Source of the DNA: a virus
DNA: 64,000 bases
IMG/VR virus record: IMGVR_UViG_3300045988_128133
Direction: 5' to 3' (one strand)
In this document: piece by piece, positions 57,718 to 64,000 of the stretch
Position numbering within the stretch: the first letter of the stretch is position 1
How the letters are laid out: every line of letters starts with the position of its first letter
Position numbers and translations under genes: made by a program
The notes under the pieces: generated by a model
Told to the model about the DNA's origin: nothing
What the model saw: the letters and a program-made list of their open reading frames with translations, nothing else
Database searches by the model: none

Positions 57718-57951
57718 CTATTTATTTTCAGTGCGTTTCACGTTTGTAAATATTAGGCAGGTTAAGGGGCCGCTGGTAGGGCATATGCCTGATAAAACCC
57801 ATTCACCGGGAAATTTCCGCTTGTCAATTCTTTTTTCTCTTTTTTGCGGTGTATCTGATTTCGGCCCTAGCGTCATCACCCTTTCCGGCGTTCCCCTCAT
57901 TCTGCCTATCCGAAATGTTTCGGTGGTTATCTCGTCCATATTAAGCGGCAT
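57718..57951 (-). CDS. possible small basic protein in 228-nt gap
   Basis: 77-aa ORF that overlaps the upstream stop by 11 nt. Composition is only moderately coding-like. Confidence 0.2.
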   Translation of the reverse strand: MPLNMDEITTETFRIGRMRGTPERVMTLGPKSDTPQKREKRIDKRKFPGEWVLSGICPTSGPLTCLIFTNVKRTENK

Positions 57952-58264
57952 TCATTCCGGCATCTTCCAGCATCAAGCAAAGCGGGTCAGAAATGTGCAC
58001 CCGTGAAACTTTCCAATCGGCTTCATTTCGGCGGTACTCGTCAATCGTCATTTCCCGGTGCGGTACGTTTTTGAGCAGGCCCCGCTTTTTTGCGATAATG
58101 GTAAGAGTTGCACCGCATTTTTCCGCTAGGTTAGTAAGATAGACTAGTTCCGTTGCGGCATTTTTTGATAGTTGCAGGGTATATGGTTCAACCTGCCTCA
58201 CATTAGCGGCTAGATTTTTAATCATCACCCGTTCATAAGGTTTGAGTTCGGCAATGGTATTCAT
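57941..58264 (-). CDS. hypothetical early protein
   Basis: 107 aa. No promoter of its own, so probably co-transcribed with the 58289 gene. Confidence 0.35.
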   Translation of the reverse strand: MNTIAELKPYERVMIKNLAANVRQVEPYTLQLSKNAATELVYLTNLAEKCGATLTIIAKKRGLLKNVPHREMTIDEYRRNEADWKVSRVHISDPLCLMLEDAGMNAA

Positions 58265-58288
58265 GATTGATTGTTAGTAGGTTAAAGA

Positions 58289-58528
58289 TTAGTCAAAAAG
58301 CAGTTCAAAGCCGTCTTCATACTTGCTCAATTCCGCATCCCATGAATCCGCAACTTCTTTGATAAGTGATTCAATGGCTTCCGGGTTTTCGGTAATTACG
58401 TAGATAATGCAAGTGTTGGTGGTGCGGAAACTTTGCCCCGTGATGCGGTTGATATGCTGGTGTATGTTTTGCTGATGCGCCTTTTCCCAGATTTCGCTTG
58501 CAATTATTGCCATAGTTTCTTCTCTCAT
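58289..58528 (-). CDS. small acidic early protein
   Basis: 79 aa, acidic. Confidence 0.35.
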   Translation of the reverse strand: MREETMAIIASEIWEKAHQQNIHQHINRITGQSFRTTNTCIIYVITENPEAIESLIKEVADSWDAELSKYEDGFELLFD

Positions 58529-58607
58529 AATCTATTGTCTTTCTATTTGGTTTGTTCACCGCCCCTTGTGGGTGGCTGATACCGCTATCGCGGCGGGTTA
58601 TGCGGCT

Positions 58608-58635
58608 ATTTTATCGGGTGTTCTAATGTTGTCAA
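58608..58635 (-). promoter_or_regulatory. early promoter TTGACA-N16-TAAAAT (cassette D)
   Basis: Consensus -35 and -10 elements, with TTTTGTCATACAA at 58664-58676. Confidence 0.55.
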
Positions 58636-58690
58636 CTATTTTATTTAAAATTTTTCGAGGTTGTATGACAAAATCGTAAATTGTTGATTA

Positions 58691-59185
58691 TTAGTTAGAT
58701 AGTTTGAAGTGAGGGCGGGCAATACTGGTTGGCAGGTAAATATCATCATGGGTGGCAAAGAGCACACGCCCATTGCGGATGACCGCAAACGCCGTCCACC
58801 CGTCATTGCGGGCAAGTACTGATGTCAGGGCGTTAAGATAGGTTCCTATCGTCCTGCGTCCGTCCGGTTTGTGTGCACCAACGGGCGGCTCGCTTTTATC
58901 GCACCAGAAATAGACGGTGCAGTTATGAAGTGAAGTAGATAATGGGGCCGGAATGATGCCCGTGTATCTATAGCGGCTCTCCACATACCAAGGTGTACAA
59001 GGTGCCGGGCCACCAAAGGCAGGGGAGTTTTCGAACCGGGAGTCTGGGGCGGTAGGGGAGACAAGCAAAAAATGACGGGAAAACTCGTCAGCTTGTGCCC
59101 GTTCTTCGGCGGTCGTATCTCCAAAGTCTCCTGTACGGAGGTAATTGACAAGGCGGGTAGGAATATATGCAATATCTGTGTTCAT
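58691..59185 (-). CDS. hypothetical early protein
   Basis: 164 aa. Confidence 0.35.
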   Translation of the reverse strand: MNTDIAYIPTRLVNYLRTGDFGDTTAEERAQADEFSRHFLLVSPTAPDSRFENSPAFGGPAPCTPWYVESRYRYTGIIPAPLSTSLHNCTVYFWCDKSEPPVGAHKPDGRRTIGTYLNALTSVLARNDGWTAFAVIRNGRVLFATHDDIYLPTSIARPHFKLSN

Positions 59186-59233
59186 ATGTTTATTTTGGTT
59201 GCGGGGGAGGTACCGCCCCCCGGTGATTGATAT

Positions 59234-59575
59234 TTAGTCATTAACGCCGAAGGCCAAACGGGCGGCGGCTCCCATGACGGAGGTATTAAGCTCATGCCGG
59301 GTTGCTACGATATTATTGCCCTGACGGGTGGCCACATCCGTGAAATAGAGATTGCGGGCCTTGCGGGCATCCTTATCATTGCGGATATCATGGCCCAGAT
59401 AGTTTTCCAGTAGGTCTTTATCCTCATTCCAACATGCCGCAACGTCGATATTATCGATGCAGGGCCTAATGGATTCTGTGGGCACCGGGGATGCAAAGAC
59501 TGTCCGGCTTCCGTGGGTTACAAACATGTGTAAGGTTCCGGCGTTATCTTCAATCACAATGTAGTTCATATTCAT
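59234..59575 (-). CDS. hypothetical early protein
   Basis: 113 aa. Confidence 0.35.
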   Translation of the reverse strand: MNMNYIVIEDNAGTLHMFVTHGSRTVFASPVPTESIRPCIDNIDVAACWNEDKDLLENYLGHDIRNDKDARKARNLYFTDVATRQGNNIVATRHELNTSVMGAAARLAFGVND

Positions 59576-59637
59576 AATATATTGTCTTTTTCTATTTTGG
59601 TTTGTTATTCACCGCCTTATTGGCGGTTGATGCGGCT

Positions 59638-59665
59638 ATTTTATCGGGTATGATGACGTTGTCAA
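59638..59665 (-). promoter_or_regulatory. early promoter TTGACA-N16-TAAAAT (cassette E)
   Basis: Leader hairpin is ACCGCC-AATAA-GGCGGT. Confidence 0.55.
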
Positions 59666-59731
59666 CTATTTTTTTTTTAAAATTTTTTCAGCTTGTATGA
59701 CAAAAGTTGCAATGCCCTCACTACGTGTGAC

Positions 59732-60313
59732 TTATCGCACGGGAAAAACTTCGCATCCTACCACAACCACCCGGCAATATTCCCGGCCGTCATTCTTGGC
59801 TTCCCGGATTGTGGTGACTAGCCGGGTTAAATCGTCCGGGTTTTTGAGGGTGAGGGCAAGAGCCGAGCAAGTGACGGTACCAAGTTCCATTGCTTCAAAA
59901 TTGGATTTAATGGCGGCGAGTACCCGGGTGCGGGTCTCTTTGTTTTTGATAAGACTAGCCATGACGATTACTTTTTTCCCGGCATACTTTGCAGACAGTT
60001 CGGCGGGCGTGGGGGAAATGGCACTAAAGGCATGGCGGCCCGCATTCCTCATATTTTCCCACAAGGGGCGGCGGCAATAAACTAGTTCTGTCCCCGGCGT
60101 TGCGGCCGTTGCAGTCCACCACTTGCGGGCATCGATGATATCTACGGGCATTTTCCAGCTCTTCACCTCATGCAAATTGTTGAGCATGTGTGGCAAGTAT
60201 TCAGCCGATACCGGGCCAGCAAATCTGATATCACCTAGATTATCAACCACAACTAAACGGAGTTCACCCGTCTTTGTTTCGTACACTAGCACATGGAGTT
60301 CTTTCTTATTCAT
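59732..60313 (-). CDS. hypothetical early protein
   Basis: 193 aa. Its N-terminus is duplicated in the adjacent pseudogene. Confidence 0.4.
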   Translation of the reverse strand: MNKKELHVLVYETKTGELRLVVVDNLGDIRFAGPVSAEYLPHMLNNLHEVKSWKMPVDIIDARKWWTATAATPGTELVYCRRPLWENMRNAGRHAFSAISPTPAELSAKYAGKKVIVMASLIKNKETRTRVLAAIKSNFEAMELGTVTCSALALTLKNPDDLTRLVTTIREAKNDGREYCRVVVVGCEVFPVR

Positions 60314-60326
60314 ATCTTATATCTTT

Positions 60327-60522
60327 CTATCGTTTGGTTTGATTTGTTTTGTGGTAGTTATTAAGCGTTTTCGGTATCGTTCAAATTACGTAGGAGGGTG
60401 AGCAAGGATTCTGTGGGTACAATAGGGGCGATTGCCTGATTCCCCTTATCGTCCATGACTATCATACGGAGTTCACCCGTCCGGGTTTCGTAAATATGTG
60501 CGGTCACTTTGGCCATGTTCAT
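60327..60522 (-). pseudogene. frameshifted partial duplicate of the 5' end of gene 59732..60313
   Basis: MNMAKVTAHIYETR, then a +1 shift, then TGELRMIVMDDKGNQAIAPIVPTESLLTLLRNLND aligns with HVLVYETKTGELRLVVVDNLGD...LNNLHE. DNA shares the 15-mer ACGGGTGAACTCCGT, and the shift comes from a 1-nt insertion. Confidence 0.45.
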
Positions 60523-60572
60523 ATTCTATTGTTTTTCTATCGTTTAGCCGCCAATGAGGGTGACGGTTACAA

Positions 60573-60602
60573 GTATTATTTAGTATTTTCGGAGGTTGTC
60601 AA
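60573..60602 (-). promoter_or_regulatory. early promoter TTGACA-N18-TAATAC (cassette F, variant leader)
   Basis: Leader shares the 33-nt block ggttacaagtattatttagtattttcggaggtt with the 61017 region. Confidence 0.35.
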
Positions 60603-60626
60603 TAAGTTTTTTCGGAGTATGACAAA

Positions 60627-61019
60627 TTAAAGCAAACGGTCATCGATGACGCTAACCCATTGATTATTTGCCGCATCATAGCGGGGTGCAACAAAGAGAG
60701 CGGAATCAACCCCTAGCGGCATCCATGCAATGCGCTCATGCATGGGCAGATTGTTGAGGAGACTCGCCGGGGGTGTGCCGTCAGGGGAAATGAGCATCAC
60801 GCCATTTTCGGAGGCCCGTACAACAGTCACACCCGGATAATTCCGGGAAACGTTCGGCCATGCGTACCGGGTCATGAGGTCTAAAATCAGCAAGGCATCT
60901 TTAGCAGTCATGCCCGTATACCAACGTACCCGGTCATCTACCGTTGACCACATAATAAGAGTAGATTCTTGCAGTTCGTAGCTTATATGCAGGTTTTCAA
61001 TAATTCCTTTCAGCTTCAT
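60627..61019 (-). CDS. hypothetical early protein
   Basis: 130 aa. Its upstream cassette lacks TTGACA, so it is probably co-transcribed with the 61093 gene. Confidence 0.35.
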   Translation of the reverse strand: MKLKGIIENLHISYELQESTLIMWSTVDDRVRWYTGMTAKDALLILDLMTRYAWPNVSRNYPGVTVVRASENGVMLISPDGTPPASLLNNLPMHERIAWMPLGVDSALFVAPRYDAANNQWVSVIDDRLL

Positions 61020-61092
61020 AAGTTATTGTCTTTCTATTGTTTGGCCTTCCTTTCGGCGGTGGTTACAAGTATTATTTAGTATTTTCGGAGGT

Positions 61093-61323
61093 TTAGGCAC
61101 GGAGCCGGACTTTCCAATCTTCAACGGTGGCGGGCAAGCCGAAAGCCGGGAAGCGGGTGAAGTAGTGCTCTTCACCGCAACGAGCCACAAGGTAATAGTC
61201 AGCTTTAAACCCATTGGCAAGCGCAATGTCCTCAAGGGTTAGGCCGTCCGTATCTCCGTATTCCAAATAACAAAGGGCCCATTCAGGAATTGCGGCGATT
61301 TCGTATTCTTCCAGTTCGTTCAT
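61093..61323 (-). CDS. small acidic early protein
   Basis: 76 aa. First gene of the array. Confidence 0.35.
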   Translation of the reverse strand: MNELEEYEIAAIPEWALCYLEYGDTDGLTLEDIALANGFKADYYLVARCGEEHYFTRFPAFGLPATVEDWKVRLRA

Positions 61324-61379
61324 ATCTATTATCTTTCTATTGTTTGGTTTAACCTCCCTTGTGGGCGGTTGATGTGCTC

Positions 61380-61407
61380 ATTTTACAAGAGAGTAGGGTA
61401 CTGTCAA
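61380..61407 (-). promoter_or_regulatory. early promoter TTGACA-N16-TAAAAT (cassette G)
   Basis: Here the TTTTGTCATACA element (61476-61487) is in inverted orientation. Confidence 0.5.
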
Positions 61408-61529
61408 TAGATTTATTTGATAATTGTTGATACTCATTGGCGAAAGCGGTGTAACTCGTTGAACCTGTGGCAATTATGATTTTGTCATACATCTCCGCTT
61501 CGCTATGATGCGGGCCGTACATCTCCGCT

Positions 61530-61742
61530 CCCACGGTTCCCACGGTTCCCACGGTTCCCACGGTTCCCACGGTCGCCATATGTGCGTGCGCGCGTGTGCG
61601 TGCATATGTATATAGTGGTTGCCGTGGGTTCCGTGGAGTCCGTGGAGTGTATGGGTAGCATGGGAACCGTGGAGTGTATGGGTAGCATGGGAACCGTGGA
61701 GTCAATGGGAACCGTGGAGTCAATGGGAACCGTGGGTTCCGG
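61530..61742. repeat. large imperfect inverted-repeat cluster of CCACGG-type units (candidate ori/pac/partition site)
   Basis: 5x tandem CCCACGGTT (61530-61574), then an alternating Pu/Py tract (61577-61614), then inverted units GGAACCGTGGAGT: 2x a 27-bp unit plus 2x an 18-bp unit (61621-61742). Confidence 0.85.
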
Positions 61743-61810
61743 CCGCGCCTCATGTATGGTAACTCCCTGATGCTAAGTCTGTTACATTTCTTATACAACT
61801 GTATAACTTT

Positions 61811-61845
61811 TAGTTTAGGTTTCTTAATAGTTTAGGTTTCTTAAT
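61811..61845. repeat. direct repeat AGTTTAGGTTTCTTAAT x2; nearby AAAATTTATAC x3 (61847, 61879, 61971)
   Basis: Seen directly in the sequence. Confidence 0.7.
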
Positions 61846-62321
61846 TAAAAATTTATACCGTTCGCATACCTTCACATAAAATTTTATACGAAGTGCATGC
61901 GAAGGGTGCAAATTAGAGCACGGAAATCACGGAAACAGTGTAAAATAGTCCAATATCAGACCATCCCACATAAAAATTTATACGCCTGTATAGGAAATGT
62001 GCCAACCTTTTACAATTTTGTAAAATGAAGCATGCTTCGGATAATTTAAGACCTTCATCCTCAACGTATTCCCCTTATTCTGACAGGATTAGTAGGATTA
62101 AAAAGATGAGGCCAGTTCTCAAATAACATTCCTACCAATTAGGCATTATATGTATTATGCGAAGTATGGAACTGTAACCCATTGATTCTATGGTACTTAT
62201 AGCAAACAGGGTGCCAATAGGAAACAGGGGAGAGTGGAAGCATGCACCAATTGCGTGAAGGGGCAGGCTACCCTATACCTTATTGAGTATCTGACGGTTA
62301 GGGGAAGCGGAAGCCGGAAAG

Positions 62322-62364
62322 CCACGGATTCCACGGATGCCGGGAGGCCACGGATGCCGGGAGG
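62322..62364. repeat. tandem CCACGGATGCCGGGAGG x2 preceded by CCACGGATT
   Basis: gccacggattccacggatgccgggaggccacggatgccgggagg. Confidence 0.8.
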
Positions 62365-62612
62365 CCCTAATATGTTAGGCGCAACTAACTTTTGGAAAAA
62401 ATTGGCGGCATGGGGAAATTTTTTCGGCCAAAAAAGTCCAAATACCACCACGGTTTCCGGGGCTTCGGGGCAACACATGCGCTATTGTAAAAGATTGACA
62501 CAAATTTTTCGGCAGGGGTGCGGGGGTAGGGGTACCCTTCTGGGCAGACAGGGGAGAGGCTTGTCAAGAGAAATCGACGCGCGGCTGGGCTTCATTTTCA
62601 TCTATTTTATGC

Positions 62613-62640
62613 TTGACAGAAAAAAGATTTCTGCTATAAA
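62613..62640 (+). promoter_or_regulatory. sigma70-like promoter TTGACA-N16-TATAAA in non-coding region
   Basis: gcttgacagaaaaaagatttctgctataaa. Confidence 0.45.
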
Positions 62641-62646
62641 AGCCTC

Positions 62647-62827
62647 CGGTTCTCGAAGAGGTCTGCAAGGGCTCACTCCCCAACTGTAGACCCACTCTTT
62701 ACTCAGGTAGCCGCAACAGATAATGTCGAGTAAAACTGTTGGCCGGGCAGACCTGGTTTCGAGTTCGAGAACCCAACTTCCATTGGATTCCCCGGAGGTC
62801 GCGGCAACGGCTTCCGGGGTTTTTGTT
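62647..62827 (+). ncRNA. candidate ~180-nt non-coding transcript (promoter-to-terminator unit)
   Basis: Bounded by the 62613 promoter and the 62790 terminator. No convincing ORF inside. Confidence 0.3.
62790..62827 (+). terminator. rho-independent terminator
   Basis: CCCCGGAGG...CTTCCGGGG hairpin followed by TTTTTGTT. Confidence 0.5.
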
Positions 62828-63860
62828 GTCAAGAGAAATCGACGCGCGGCGAGGGTTCCAAGAGGCATATTAAATCCTACTAGTTTGGTAGGGATTAAGA
62901 GGGACCAGATTAGAGTTACTGAAACCCCATGGAGCAGTCCATGTCAAGCAAAATCGACATGCGGCCATTACCATGCACAGGGCACTGTCAGATAAACAGC
63001 AACATCTACAGCGTCGCAACATGAAAGAACCCCTCCGAAGTACCGTGAAGGCGATACCTGGAGGGGCTGAAAGATACGACTAAACCAGTAGAAAGGAAGG
63101 CCCGTGCGGAGAACCTTAGCCAGGGAAGGGTTTCTGAACTCGCGTCGCGTAGCGGTGTCAGCCGTTGTCTCCGTGGGGACCGGGGGCAATTTATCACGGG
63201 GAGGAAACCCTGTCAAGCAAAAACGGTTTACGTGGGAGCAATGGCTTCCGAGGGTACCGGGGGTACATGTCAAGCAAAAACGACGCGCGGCGGGTACCCA
63301 GGCCCACAGTAGGGAGTTCCATCATACAGGAGGTAGCTCTTGCTCTTATAGCTTCCACCCAAGGTTGCCCATTCCTGACATGTTACCCCACCACTCCACG
63401 CGCTTGCACAGTGTGTTGGCTATCGTTAACCACTGAAGGAGGTCAAGGCCGTTTTAGCCGGGGGTAACTTTGTTCTACCTTATTAGGCCTACTTACAATG
63501 TTACCCATACCTAAAAGAGAGGTTTGAGAGCGGGATGGACAATCACAAGGGGGAGGGTAGGTAAGCTCGTGGAAGGTAGGGGTAACATGACAAGAATGGG
63601 ACTGTGCGTAGCCACCCGTGATGCAGGTGTTCATGCGTAGGTACGCGCGGGGGTGAGCAGGAGGGGGAAAGAGGAGGAACCCGCTTGACAGAGGCTGTGA
63701 CTGGCCTAGAACAGTGGAACAACGTAACTTTGGTAGTGGGTTAACTCCCTTATCATCAAGAAGTTACTACAGAGTGGAACAGAGTGGAACAAGATGAGAA
63801 TGTGACAAATTTTCACTGACTATCAACGAGTTGCAGGGTTAGGAACAACGAACAGCTTTA

Positions 63861-63902
63861 CGCGCGCGGTGTATATGTGTGTATGTGTGTATGTGCGTAT
63901 AT
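63861..63902. repeat. alternating purine-pyrimidine (GT/GC) Z-DNA-prone tract
   Basis: cgcgcgcggtgtatatgtgtgtatgtgtgtatgtgcgtatat. Resembles the tract at 61577-61614. Confidence 0.7.
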
Positions 63903-64000
63903 TTTTTATTACTCTCTCACACATTAAATAAATTATATATATTCATTGTTATAGGGGATGTAACTCATTAACACTCAATAAAAATTTGTACCAATCTTAC

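Larger units (their letters stand above)
62563..63291. repeat. five dispersed ~23-bp iteron-like repeats TGTCAAG(A/C)(G/A)AAA(T/A)CGAC(G/A)(C/T)GCGGC
   Basis: Copies at 62563-85, 62828-50, 62943-65, 63212-34 (degenerate) and 63269-91. Copy 3 forms CATGTC-N10-GACATG inverted arms. Confidence 0.7.

Noticed and set aside
59697-60080. Plus-strand ORFs overlapping minus-strand early genes (59697..60080, 57611..58006, 56590..56934, 54806..55102)
   Set aside because: S/T/R-rich antisense-frame composition, and they start inside the TGTATGACAAA element. The minus-strand genes have coding-like composition and promoters.
56085-61440. Possible CRISPR array, because of regularly spaced repeats
   Set aside because: The repeats are ~130-bp promoter/leader cassettes separated by 0.3-0.6-kb protein-coding genes. 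They are not 25-40-bp repeats with short spacers.
61349-61798. 149-aa minus-strand ORF (MYKKCNRLS...TVGTVGTVG...)
   Set aside because: It is translated straight through the tandem CCCACGGTT/GGAACCGTGG repeats and the early promoter cassette. Low complexity, so a repeat artefact.
62234-63467. ORFs in the non-coding region (62234..62689, 62723..62995, 63104..63436)
   Set aside because: They read through the terminator and iterons, and are R/G/S-rich. No start context.
1-64000. tRNA genes, integrase/attachment site, reverse transcriptase/DGR
   Set aside because: No GTTCGAnTCC-type T-arm with a matching cloverleaf was found by eye. No tyrosine/serine recombinase or RT motifs in any ORF.

Overview
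This 64-kb window reads as part of a large tailed dsDNA phage (Caudoviricetes) genome; lineage and host cannot be assigned from sequence alone.

Layout:
- Plus strand, 1-45.7 kb: a recombination module (C-terminal fragment of a SNF2-like helicase, a Cas4/RecB-like PD-(D/E)XK nuclease, a RuvC-like resolvase), then large terminase, portal, scaffold and major capsid genes, virion and tail proteins, a block of small Zn-ribbon/SH3-like/Cys-rich proteins, a lysis region, large tail proteins, and a 3199-aa giant protein carrying an HExxH motif.
- Minus strand, 45.8-61.3 kb: a nucleotide-metabolism and early-gene block (DUF3310-like, ThyX, NAD-dependent DNA ligase), ending in an array of small genes. 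Each small gene sits behind a repeated ~130-bp cassette: the element TTTTGTCATACAA, an AT-rich tract, a near-consensus TTGACA-N16-TAAAAT promoter, and a conserved structured leader.
- 61.5-64.0 kb: a ~2.5-kb non-coding region packed with tandem, inverted and direct repeats (a candidate origin/packaging/partition region), with one promoter-terminator pair bracketing a candidate ~180-nt ncRNA.

A short DNA motif with core CCACGG (extended GAAyCCACGGAwyCC) recurs more than 40 times across unrelated genes, often in tandem, with identical 15-20-mers in different genes. It culminates in the repeat cluster at 61.53-61.74 kb.

Promoters throughout fit a sigma70-like TTGACA-N16/17-TAnnnT consensus. In three places the -10 element lies in the loop of a terminator-like hairpin.

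No integrase, tRNA, CRISPR array or reverse transcriptase was recognised.
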